From Eledone cirrhosa (lineage: Eukaryota), in NCBI GenBank assembly GCA_964016885.1, contig OZ024745.1:68634001-68698000 (forward strand): a stretch of 64,000 nucleotides of DNA. The letters run 5' to 3'. The notes under the pieces are model-generated. The model had not been told where the DNA came from, did not search any database, and worked only from the letters and a program-made list of their open reading frames with translations. The first letter of the stretch is position 1. Each line of letters starts with the position of its first letter. Both the position numbers and the translations under genes were made by a program. Shown in pieces: positions 51,685 to 64,000 of this stretch.

Positions 51685-54600
51685 TTAAACCAACATGCAC
51701 TCTAATGATATACAAATTAGTTTGTCTATTTCAGTAATAGGGCATATAAGCCTCTCAATAACGAATTTCCTTATGCCTGTTTAGCTATTCTCCTTCTTCT
51801 TCTTCACCCACTTAATCCCAAGATGAATAAAATAGTGATAGAAATTCATTTGCAAGTCTAGTTTTAGATTGTGTTGACCCATCCAGCCCATGTCAGCATA
51901 GAAAGCAGATGTATGATGATGATGGTGGTGGTGGTAGTGGTGGTGGTGGTGGTGGTGATGATGGTGAGGATGATGATGATGATGGTTGGTGGTGGTAATC
52001 ATGATGGTAATGAGGATGTTATATGTTCTTTAAATATCATCTTTATTTTTATGCTTGCTTTTCCATACTGAAACTCTCTTTGTTGAAACTGATGACAGTC
52101 TATTCAATTACTCTCTCTTCTAATGTCCTTTAGTGAAAATGGCTAAAATATGTATTGAATATATATTGTAAAGCTAAGCTTTCTATGAACAAACTCTCAC
52201 TATAGTGGCCATAAATATCAGCTTATCTTGAATTCATTGGCATTAAGGGACACAGTATAAGAGTCTCTCTTGGATTAGATGTCAGTCTGTTGCAGGGCTA
52301 ACTCCTAGTTGCTGCTAGTGCCCATTTTTAGTTGAGTGAACTGATGCAACATGTTTTTCTCAAGGATACAACATATTAGCTGGTCTGGGAATCAAAATCA
52401 TATCTGTATGATAGTGTACAACACACCATATCCATTTTAGTCATTAGACTGTAACTATGCTGGGGCACCACATTGATTTAGTTGATCAGTACTTATTTTT
52501 TAAGGCTAGAACTTAATTTAACAATATCTTTTAGTCAAACCACCAAATTATAGAACATAAAAACAGGCATGACTGTAAACATAGATACATACATAAACAC
52601 ACACACACATGCACACCATTGTCACCTTCATCTAATATACGGTTCCCCTGTTCTATGACTGGTTTCTGCATTTTCTTTTTACCAGATTCTACTCATTAGG
52701 CATTGATCAACCTGAGTTTATAATAGAAGAAATGTGTCCTAGGTGCCCTATGTACACCAGTGCTGAACCCAGAAACATGTAAACTCCTTAACCACACAGC
52801 CATCTCTGCTGTATTATAAAAGTAGTTTTATCTGCTTTCAACATATTAGTGATTTATTTATTTGACAACCTAAGTGAATTAATCAAAAACTTTATTAATT
52901 ATGTTTTTATCAGCAAAATAATAACTATTTTATAAAACAATTGAATATAAAATATCATTCTTCTGATGTTTATGACTTTTTAATTACTTAATTAGACTAA
53001 ACGAAATTTCCAGAAGAAATGAACAAAAAATATGCAGATTATGGAAAGTTTTGATTCAATTAAAAGAATGCAATAATTGAGAAAAATAAAAATTGGTATT
53101 TAAAGTAGAGTAGACATTATTTTGTTATTTACATAAGTCAGATCATAAGCAACAGAATAAATTGATTTTAACATTAAAGATTTTATTAAAAAAAACTAAT
53201 TTAATTCTGTAATTATGGTTATTATATTTTTGAAACTTCAATTTACTGTATCTCAAGATATAGTAAGATGACTATGAAGAATTGAATAAAATAATGTGAA
53301 AAATAAACCTTTCTTCAAATAAATGGGATAAATAAGTTGTATAAATCTCACTCTCTCTATATAGGCACAGGCATAGTTTAACACTTTAGCATTTACATTA
53401 CTCTATATTTACTATCATATTTTCACGGTAAAGCCTTACCTCATATAATTATCTCACATAATATCGAATCTATGAGATTTTTGATTTTATTTATTTTGCA
53501 AACTATACTTTAACATCAGTAAGTTAAGAAGTTCACTTTGGAACCACATGGTTTTCACTTCAACACTGCATAGTGTCTTGGGCAAGTGTCTTCAACTACA
53601 ACCTCGCACAGACCACTGCCTTCGTCATCATTATCATCATAATCATTTTATGTCCATTTACTACATTAGCATGAGCTGGTGAGTCAGAGTAATCTCATCT
53701 TGCTCATACATTCTATATTTGGCATAATTTCTACAGTTGGAAACCCTTTCTAGTGGATTTTATCATGGCACCAGCACTAGAAAGTTTATCACATGCTCAG
53801 CCAGCCATATATTGTCTCTGTTTGATTGCCAAACACTGTAGCCTCTGATTTCTCACTACATTTTCTTTTACTTGTACTACTGGGTGTCTCATCTCTATGA
53901 TGAGGTTCAGTGAATGAAATTTGGTAGATAGAAACTGTGAAGAAACCTTGTCCATTGCAAAGCTAAAGAGTTCTCTTTACTCTATTCAATTTCATTCTTT
54001 TAAGGCAAACATGACTGAGATTGTGATGAGGAGAAGAGACTTAGGTTTGAAAGAGGAGAAAATATGATTATGAGCGTGAAGGGTGAAAGAAGGTGATAGC
54101 TTGGTAGAGATTAATATACATTTTTATATTTCTATGAAAGTACAGATTGTGTGTGGGCGGGGGGTGTACAAATATTGTAGCGTCACAAATTTCACTGGAT
54201 GCCTTTGGCAAAGTATTCCATTGCATAGTAAGAATATATATCTGTACGTAAGTTTTGCTGACTAATTATATTACTAAATCCAATAATTTTTTTTTATTTT
54301 CAAGAAGGTTTGGAAAATCATAAACAGTGTATTTCATTTGAAAAATGGTAAGAAAAAGTTAGAATTGATTGAAATACACAGTGTATTTATTACAAAAGGG
54401 TTAATGTGTTTCTATTTATCCTACCATTATAATTCTATGTAAGAATATTTATTAAGGGTCCAACTGCCAATGCTAGAGATATGGAAACTGCATATCATAA
54501 TAGCCAAACTAAAAGTAGAAAGAATGCAAAAGGAATCTAGATTGATAAAGCTAGATGTAAAAATTTTGAAAACAGTTGAAGAATAGGTGTAAATATATTT

Positions 54601-55051
54601 GTGTAAGTAAAAATGTTTACTTTTAAACCCCAGGGTTTGAGGTTCAGTCCCTCTGCATGGCACCTTTGTCAAATATCTTCTATTCTAAAACTTTGGGTTA
54701 ACCATTGCCTTATGAGTGAAATTTGGTGTACAGAAACTGTATGGAAGTCCACAGTATATATGCATATATATATGTATATATATATGTATATATATATGTA
54801 TATATATATGTATATATATATATATCTATGTGTGTGTGTGTGTTTATGGTTACTGTTTGTTTAAGTCAAGTAACTTGGAAGTTCAACAAAAATGCAATTC
54901 ATAAATGAGATATGGTCAACTAAATCCCTTCAAGACAATGGCCCTATCTTGACTACAGCCTAATGACTAAAGAATGGAAAAGAGTAAAAGAATATATAGT
55001 GTTTGTTGATCTTAAAGAGGCAGTTCAGAATTACAGTAGGGAATATTAGAA

Positions 55052-55325
55052 TCATCATCATATGTCTGTCATTCCATGTCTTGCAGAGGTTAGATGGGTC
55101 CTCTCCATCACAGTCTCCCACCACCTGCTATATTCCTGTCATTTCCTCTGTGAGATTTAGTCATTTGAGATCAGTCACATCATTTTAGCCAAGGATTCCC
55201 TTGGTCTTCCTTTTATGAAAGTTTCTTCCACTAGGATAACTTTGCATTTTTTAACCCAATAATCATCCTTCATATTTCTTATGTTTTTATACTAGAGCAA
55301 TCTTCCCTTTTGCACACAACTTCTG
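55052..55325 (-). mobile_element. RTE-clade LINE 3' fragment; shorter related fragment at 14946-15018
   Basis: Minus strand encodes a degenerate ...VEETFIKGRPR... RTE ORF end, followed by a (GAT)n tail. Confidence 0.55.
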
Positions 55326-56678
55326 ATTAAATAATAATGAATACATCTAAATGAAAACTTCATTTAAACATAATTCTGGCCACTGGCTGTCAATTTGGTC
55401 CAGCTTATATTAATCTGATGGAATTTTGTAGAGAAAATGTTTTCTTTGCTAAATAATCTTAATAAAAGGTGATCTTTGAATGATTATTTTTAAAAACTGT
55501 TTTTCTTTCATTCTATTGTTTTAGTTTTTACAAAAAAATAACTTTTTATATATCTAGTAAGCATATTCTATTATAAGTTGTAGAATTATTTATAAATTAT
55601 AATCAGGCCACAATCCGATAAGTAGTCTTGGCACAGAAAATGAAAATATGAGATATGTAAAAAGAGGTAATTTATTTCTAAACAGAAAACATGTCATCAT
55701 GTTAAAAAGTTACATTCTGAATAATTGAAAGCAAACTAATACTATAAACAATCTGCTTAAAAGGAATTGCGACATGTAAATGTTATAATATTCAAGCAAA
55801 CATTTCTCATTCATCATGAGTTTCACCTGTTCACATGTAAATATCTTCAATCTCTATTCTATGCCAACAATATTCTTGGAAACTTCTATGTGATCACACA
55901 TATTGGATAATATGGCTCTAGATACAGTCATCATCATCATCATTTTTTTTTTTTCCATGCTGGCATAAGTTAAACACATCATATCTAGCATAGTATCTAC
56001 AATGAGATGCCCTTCCTAACACCATCTACTTTACAGTATATGCTTAGAGCATTTTATCATTGCACTAGCACTACAACTAGACCAAATTACTGGATGTGTT
56101 TTCTTGTGTACTGCCTACATTTTACCGTGGCACCAGGCTCTAACAATGGTCAGAGTATACTGGGTACATATTATTGTGGTACTAGCACAACCAACAGACA
56201 TAGTTTATTGTGTGCATTTTATTGTGGCACCAACATTGTCACTACTTGGAGTGTACTGGGTGAATTTTATTGTGGCATCAACACTACCACTTGACAGAGT
56301 GTACTAGGTGCATTATATTGTGGCACTGGCACTACCACTTTTCAATAACAATACTACTTTACACTATGCCTGAAAAAAATAAAATGGGTTTGTTTTCCTA
56401 TCAAAAGACTGCATGAAAAGGGAAAACTAATGAAGCATCAGTCACACTCTGATAAGTTTGTGGTCCATCCTGTTGCAGTGGAGATTTCCAGCAACCTTGG
56501 CCCCTGGTCCACATTCCTACTCACTGTTATCAGGGCATATTTGGCTACCTGCAATTTCAAGTAGGGTGGGTGTATCAGTGCATCTTGCTCGTCATCCACC
56601 TGGGCAATGTTTTCTCCATCCTGTCAGACAAGACCACAAGACAGACTGATCCTTGAACAGTGAGTGGTAAATACAGAT

Positions 56679-56709
<31 letters not shown>

Positions 56710-58179
56710 TAACTCTTGTTATTTTGCTGCCATTTGATATGTTAGTATATTGTAAGTGTTGAATTTTAAAATGTGTCACAATAATCTATGTAGAATATTT
56801 ATATAGTACAGTTGAATTTCTTTTTTCTGATTATTTGTTAGGTAAAAACAATAAATTGACTTCCATGAGATTCAGTGATGAGCATTCCAGTTTGGTGGCC
56901 AAGGAAATGGCCTGCTTTTGAAATTAATGTATAAGTGAGTGAGAATTCCACAGAAATATGTATGCTTTATGTTATTCTCAGGGAGGTTCAGCACAGCATG
57001 GTTGTCAACATTAAATGGCAAGTAAGTCAATGTGACAGGTTTCTAAACAGTTTCTGTTCGCCTCATTTCACTTACAAGTCTTGGGTGGAACTGAAACTAC
57101 GGCAAAAAAAAAAACTTGCCCAAGTTGTTATGCGGAGGCCCCAAACTCAGAACTTCAGCATGGCTGAAATGGTTAATCAGGGCTAACCTGGTACTAAACC
57201 ACAACAATGCCAATATTTTACATATAGAGAAGAGATAGAAGTAAAGATTTTCAGAAATTGTTGGGTTCTAGCATGGCTATAGCCTTTGGAGTGGAACAAG
57301 AACTAACTGAATAAGCAATTTTAATAGTTTAATAATTGCTTCACTGGTTGGCACTGGATGGTCTTTTGTGGTGTTCCCATGTTTCTCAGTGTCTGTTCAA
57401 CATGCCACTCAGCAAAATGATGATGCACAATATATACTGAGCAGCTAGCCTATCTCAGTTCGAAAATCAATCTGTGTAGTTAAAAGCCACATCCTTCACA
57501 AGAGGCCTCTGATATGGCTATCATAGGATAGTCTAGCAAAACAAGATATAGAGGAGTAAGCCTCCATAAAAATCCTGCTTGTTTCATAGCAAGCAGTAGC
57601 TTATGCAGCAATAACCAGTTTAATTAGATGACCTCGGTGTCATGAACACCAGTGGCTTTGCAGATGATCAACTATTAATTCAACAATGGGTTGGGACAAC
57701 TTCTCCATTTAGCAGAGAAATCTACCAGTATGCAGTTGTGGCAAGCCACAGATATTCTAGCCATTAGAAAAAGCAAAATGAATGCTTCACCTTCAATGGG
57801 GAGATGATTCAAAAAGAAGAAGAATTGCTTTCTAATTTAAGCATAAGGCCAGCAATTTGTGTCGAAGAAAAGTTGATTAAATGAAACCCAGTACTTGGTT
57901 GGTACTTTGTTTAATGACCTTGGAAGGATGAAAGGTAAAAATGGCCTTGGTGGGATTTGAACTCAAAAGGTACTGCATTTTGTTCAGTGCTCACCATTTT
58001 GTGGTGAAAGCAATGGAATCTGGGGATATGGAAAGAGGATTGGAGCAATATGAGATAAAATGTCTTGCTCAAGGACACACCATGTGGCTTGGGTTCAGCA
58101 CTTGAACTCATAGCCTTATGATCATGAGCTCAGCACTCTAACTATTTAATGGTTTAATAATATACAGCAATTCTAAATT

Positions 58180-58350
58180 AATTGTTTCTACTTTTAGGCA
58201 CAAGGCCAGCAATTACCCAGTACATTACTGGTACTTTATTTTATCGACCCCATAAGGATGAAAGGCAAAGTTAACATCGGCGGGATTTGAACTCAGACTG
58301 TAAAGGGACGTAACTATGCTAGAAAGCATGGCGTCCAACCCTCTACCGAT
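58180..58350 (-). mobile_element. SINE family A
   Basis: Near-identical to 36724-36910. Confidence 0.9.
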
Positions 58351-60764
58351 TGGAAACAACATATTTAGTCATTACCAGGGCGTGTATATCTAGGACATAA
58401 ACTATCAGCTTCAACCAATATTAAAGTTGCTGTCAACCACAGAATTGCATTGGGAGGGGCAGTTTTCTAAAAAAAAAAAGAATACATTCTTTGAAATCCA
58501 ATAGAATACCAATTAAATTTGAAGCTAAACATATATAACATGTGCTTATGTATGAATTAGCTTATGTCACCTGGTCTGCAAGAATAGCTTCAAAAATTGA
58601 AGCACCTAACTGATAGGTTTAATAATATCTATGAGAAATGACATAATATTTAATAAAATCAAAGGCAACATTCCCAATCAGATTCTCAACTTGTGATCTC
58701 TCTAAAATCTTTCAGGCGAGTATGTTACCTGGAAAGAGAATCTGATGACATGGAAAGAGAATTGAAGCAACATGAGATAAAGTGTCTTGCTCAGGACACC
58801 ACATGCAGCTTGGTTTGGCAGTTGGACTCACAGCCTTGTGATCATGAGCTCAACACTCTAACCATGAAGCCACTTGCCTTCAGAGCTATCATTAAATTTA
58901 ATCACTTGATAGTTTAGTATTCCATTGTATCATATTCATAGTAGCGAATCATTTGGTAAGTTCTACAGTGGTAGCTGTAAGGCCAGGAAGTTGCTGATAA
59001 GATGTTTGTATGTTACCTATAAACTCAACATGTCAGATATCATTTAGTTGTATGAACATTTCACTCTCTTATCTCTCTGTTGGGCCAATAAAATGCTAGG
59101 TCATATATTAGTATAGCTTTATTTTGGTAGGTGTCAGGTGACAGGTATTTCTCTGACTCAACCACAGTTATCATGTTATTCTCTGTGAATATTCATAGAT
59201 TTGATAAAAACAATGGCCATGACATCAACTATTATCAGGTATTTTGCAGGTTTGTTTCCAAGCAGCTTTTATAAACTATGTTTGGGTTCAGTTGAATTAT
59301 CCTCTAGTTTCTTTGTACAACCTCACTAGCACTGCCTCATGATAAAATTCATCCAACCCACTCTCATAATAAAGTACACACAATACACTCTATAAAGTGG
59401 TAGAGCTTGTGCTACAATAAAACACATAATAAGGTGGTAGCTTGGAGTCACAAAAAAACACCATGTAGACTTTGTAAGGTGGTAGTGCTGGTACCACTAT
59501 AAAATACACCCAGTACATTCTGTAAAATAGTTGTGCTAGTGCCATGATAAATGCACTCTGTACACTCTGTAAGGGATGGGCTTGATGGGACTGTATTTGC
59601 TCAAGAAATACTGCATAATGCAATACATCATGAGAGAGTCAGTATATCTGAAAAGTCAAGGGAAAAGGAAAGTGAAGTGAAGTGCAGTCACTCTATAAAG
59701 TGGTTGTTGTTAAGATCATCCAGCCTTAGAAACCATGCCAAAATATGGAGCATATGGGCAAGCTGTTGTTATCAGACCTGTCTAGTCTTGAACCATGGTG
59801 ACCTATCTAATCCATAGCAGCATGGAAAATGATGATGATGATGATGATACATATATATTGGCTTCCCAATTATCAATTACAGAGTCATAATTTAACCAAT
59901 AAGTAGGGGAAAGAGAAGAGAGAAAGACTTTGGCAGCTGTTTTAGCTTTGATCACAAGTGAATCTTAACTGGCAAACAGCATCTGATTCTTTGGTTTCTA
60001 TCCTGCCAGAAGAACATATATACAACTTAAACTTCTGACTGTTCACCACAGAGAATATATATATATATATCGAAAGAGAGAGTAAAGATGTTTTGCACAT
60101 ACATACGCGCACACACACACATGGATTGTAGCTAGAAGGATATCATATTTCTTCAACTCTAAAGTAATACAAGTAGTTCTCTCTTTTTTGGCACCATACT
60201 CCTTAAGAGTTTGGATAATTCAGAGAAAGATAAATTAGCTTTACATGTTGTAAATTTCTCTGAGCTTTCATAATAATTCTTGTATTTTATCATTTCATTT
60301 CCACCGATATCTGTAATTCTCAACTTACATTGACTTTACATCACCTTTAACGTATATATAATGTGTGTCTAAATATAAACACCCCTCTCTACCGTATATA
60401 TGTCATTTGGGGTCGATAAAATAAAGTACCAGTAATGCACTGGGTATTTGCTGGCCTTGTGGCAAAAGTAGAAACAATTATGTAAATGGCAGTGTTAGTC
60501 CCATGATAAAATGCACCTAGTATACTCTGTAAAGTAGTAGTACTGATACCATAATAAAATGTACCCAGAACATTTCATAAAGGGGTAATGCTGGCACCAT
60601 GAGAAAATATACCGAGCCCACTTTGTTAAATGTTAGTGTTGTTGTCACAATAAAACGCACCCAGAACATTCTTTAAAGTAGTAGTGCTGGTACTATGATA
60701 AAATGCACTCAGTCAAATAATAATTATAATAAATATTATAGCTGCTTATAGATATGGTGCAGGC

Positions 60765-61160
60765 ATTGTAAAATGGATGAAAGCAAAGTTGAATGAAGTT
60801 GAATGAAATGCTAGGAAAAAGCTCACAATCTATCAAAATATGCACCGGCAAGAGGATGCAGACAAGCTGTAATGCAGAAGGATGGAGGGAGGTAGGGGAT
60901 TGTTGAGTGTACAGGATGCTGTCAAAACAGAAGAAAACAGTATGGGCTTCTACATGAAAAATAAGGAAGAAAATCTTCTATTGGAGGTTGTCAGGGAAGG
61001 CTTATTTGAGAAAAATAGAAACCCAAAAAAACACAAAGACTAAGATTACAGAAGAGTGTAAAGAAGCATTTTATGAAAAGCCCCGGCATTCAGCATTTCT
61101 AAAGGAAACGAAAAATGTGTGTGATGACAAATACTTTATTCTGGTTATGGTAGGGCTGCC
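60765..61160 (+). mobile_element. Decayed RLE-type (R4/Dong/NeSL-like) non-LTR retrotransposon fragment
   Basis: Translates as RKKLTIYQNMHRQEDADKL*CRRMEGGRGLLSVQD, resembling the post-RT HPxxDxxRLYxxRxEGGRGL motif, with stops. Confidence 0.7.
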
Positions 61161-61177
61161 TTAAGGAAAAAAAAAAG

Positions 61178-61790
61178 TAATTGTTTCTACTTTAGGCACA
61201 AGGCCAGCAATTTGAAGGAAAGGGAAAGTCGATTAAATCAACACCAGTGCTTACTGGCACTTTATTTTATCAACCCTGTAAGGATGAAAGCCAAAGTTAA
61301 TCTCGGCAGGATTTGAACTCAGAAAGTGTTGTCTAACACTCTACCGATACTGCTAATCTGACACTGTTCAATAACAATATAATAATGATTCCAGTTTTAG
61401 GAAGATGGCCATCAATTTAGGAGGCAGAAGGAGGGATGTTAATTAAATTGACCCCAATACTTGTTAATTTTATCAAGCTCACAAAGATGAAAAACAAAGT
61501 GGTAAATGGCTGGAGTTGAACTCAGAATATAAAGAGCCAAAACAAATAGAGAAAGCATTTTGTCTGACATCTTAGCAATTCTGTCAATTCACTGCCGTCT
61601 ATAACAATAATTCTTTCTACTTTAGGCTCAAGGCCAGCAATTACCCAGTGCGTTACTGGTACTTTATTTCATCAACCCCGTAAGGATGAAAGGCAAAGTC
61701 AACCTCGGCGGGATTTGAACTCAGATCGTAAAGGGACGTAACTATGCTGGAAAGCATGGCGTCCGACCCTCTACCGATACTGCCAATCCA
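61178..61790 (-). mobile_element. Cluster of three SINE A copies; the last (61608-61790) is young and full-length
   Basis: Family A motifs appear three times. Confidence 0.85.
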
Positions 61791-62667
61791 CAACAATAAT
61801 GATAATCTGTGATGATAGTGACCTCGACTGAGTACTGACATATGATAGCATGGACATTAAATGATGATGATGGAGATATCAGCATCATTAAATACATTTT
61901 TATACCAAACCACCAGAGACTGTGTCATTGCTGAATCTCCCTGAGAGCTATGTTCTGGGTACATGTATCTGTAGAATGCTTAGCCATGTATATATGAATT
62001 CCTCAAGCAGGGTATTGTGTTGATTGAACAACCAGAACACATAGCCTTGGAACCAGCAGTAGTTCAACACACATAATCATCAGTAATAAATCATGCTTAA
62101 AGCCATACTACAATACATTACTATCAACGATTACATCACTAAAGAATGGGTTTAGGGATTTGTGTGTCACATTGTTTGGTAATACCATCCATTAATTCCA
62201 TGCCCAGGTCTTCTCTCTTTCACTGTAGTTAGGTCTCATAAGTTAAAAACAGTGATTTATTTTGTTATATCAGAATACAAAGAAGATATTGAAAATGAGA
62301 GGTGGCAACTCACTTAATCAATCAAATGCTTATGTATGTGTTCATGTACACACACACACGTGTGTGTGTGTCTGTGTGTGTGTAAACCCAACTTGCGCAA
62401 GCAATGAAAACTAATGTAAAATGATGATCATGATGTGAGTGTGTATGTGTGCCTACATACATATATAATACATTTGGATTGTTGTCTCTGTGTGCATCCA
62501 GAAAGTAACATTCTTGCTGTTGTAGCTGATGTCACGGTAGAGAAATTACATATGACATGGTATTTAATTCAAACAAAAAATCAAATTGCACCAGTGTAGG
62601 TACAAATTACTGCCATGCCCAAATTGCTATCGTCACCTTTATAAGTCAGTCACTAATAATATAATAT

Positions 62668-62717
62668 GTGGGGAGACCCAAGATGACCTGGGATGAGGTG
62701 ATAAAAGCCGACCTTAC
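62668..62717 (+). mobile_element. RTE LINE ORF C-terminal fragment
   Basis: Encodes GRPKMTWDEVIKADL, a typical RTE terminal motif. Confidence 0.6.
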
Positions 62718-62741
62718 CCAATTACACCTCTCAAAGGCAAT

Positions 62742-63110
62742 GACACACGACCGTGACTTCTGGCATCACGCAGTAATACAGAGTACCCGACCTCCCATGG
62801 GTAGAAGCTGAAGCATATAGACAATATGCCCCCACTCCCCCCACCGCAAGGTGGTCATGGAGGTGCCACGGCAAAAAAGCACCCAGCCCACACTGTAAAG
62901 TGGACGTGTAGGCGCCACGAAAAAGCACCCAGCACTCACTGTAAATGAGGTTGGTGTTAGGAAGGGCATCCAGCTGTAGAAATCAAGCCAAATCAGTTCC
63001 TGTATGAGCAAGGCATGGTCAGCCGACCAGACACTGCCCACAACAGGACAACCCGTCTAACCCATGCTAGCGTGGAAGAACGGACGTAAAACGGTGATGA
63101 TGATGATGAT
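62742..63110 (+). mobile_element. RTE-tail retroposon, third copy of the 13626 family
   Basis: Near-identical to 13640-13980 and ends in (GAT)n followed by TA/CA repeats. Confidence 0.85.
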
Positions 63111-64000
63111 ATACACATATATATATATATACACACATATATATATACACATATATATATATACACATATATATATATACACATATTTCAGTGCCGAGAC
63201 CAGGGACACCACAAAATGATGATATATATTTTACTAACCGTTTGAGAATGTATTCTTCACAAGCTATAAAATTATAAAGGGTCGAGTGGACTTTTCAGTT
63301 GTGCCAATGGCATGAAAACCTGCCTAATCTGATGCCACAAGAAAATACATTTAGTATACTCTATAAAGAGCTGGAATGTATGTAAACAAGATGTGGTCCC
63401 TCCAGCCTCTCTGAGAGGTCAGTGACTCAAATTTTGTACTTAGCATACAATGGCTTGTCAAACCCATGCCATGGAAGAACAGTAAATGATAATGATGAAC
63501 TGGCCTTCTGTCAGTTTCCATGATGAAAGTTTAGTTGTTCAGTCAACTGATTAAATTGTTGAAGTGGCTGAGTATTCTACAGACACATGTACTCTCATTT
63601 CAGTGTATTACAAGGCCAGTCACTTGAATTCTAGGTACAATCCATCCAATAAGCTAAACATTTTCAGTCAGCCTGCTTTCATTCACAAAGGTTAAGTTTA
63701 GACAAGCCTATAGCAAAAGATACTTTCCCAAAATGCTACATAGTAGTATTGAACCCAGAACTTCATGATTATAAGCAAACTTTTTAACCATTTGACTATA
63801 CTAGGAAAACTAAAAGTTGGGCATTTGAAAAATAAATAAAAAATGTTGCTATGGAAACTATTTAATGAGAAATTATTATTATACTATAATGATGATGATG
63901 ATTGTTGTTATTATAAGAATGATGATGATAATAATAATATAATAGTAATAATAATGATGATAAAGATGGTGATAATGGCGATAATAATGGTAATGGTGAT

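Noticed and set aside
51781-52071. Poly-His or poly-Val/Met ORFs
   Set aside because: They derive from a (GAT)n/(GGT)n trinucleotide tail of a retroposon.

Overview
AT-rich animal genomic DNA, most likely an octopus or other coleoid cephalopod (inferred from repeat content and the innexin sequence, not verified). The window opens with about 6.2 kb of a 40-bp satellite that has higher-order structure. It contains one convincing protein-coding exon: a complete 401-aa innexin (unc-9-like) CDS at 41793-42998 on the minus strand, with a splice acceptor 1 nt before the ATG. The rest is microsatellites, tRNA-derived SINEs, RTE/RLE LINE fragments, and hAT, piggyBac, Mutator-like and pogo-like MITEs. 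Nearly all other listed ORFs are translations of (TA)n/(CA)n runs. The most unusual signal is a set of short unique islands inside (TA)n tracts. They recur as inverted (fold-back) pairs, and several unrelated ones carry type I hammerhead ribozyme motifs, often followed by AATAAA. This fits many families of severely 5'-truncated, microsatellite-targeting Penelope-like or retrozyme-like retroelements. No Penelope reverse transcriptase ORF is visible here, so that assignment is inference.
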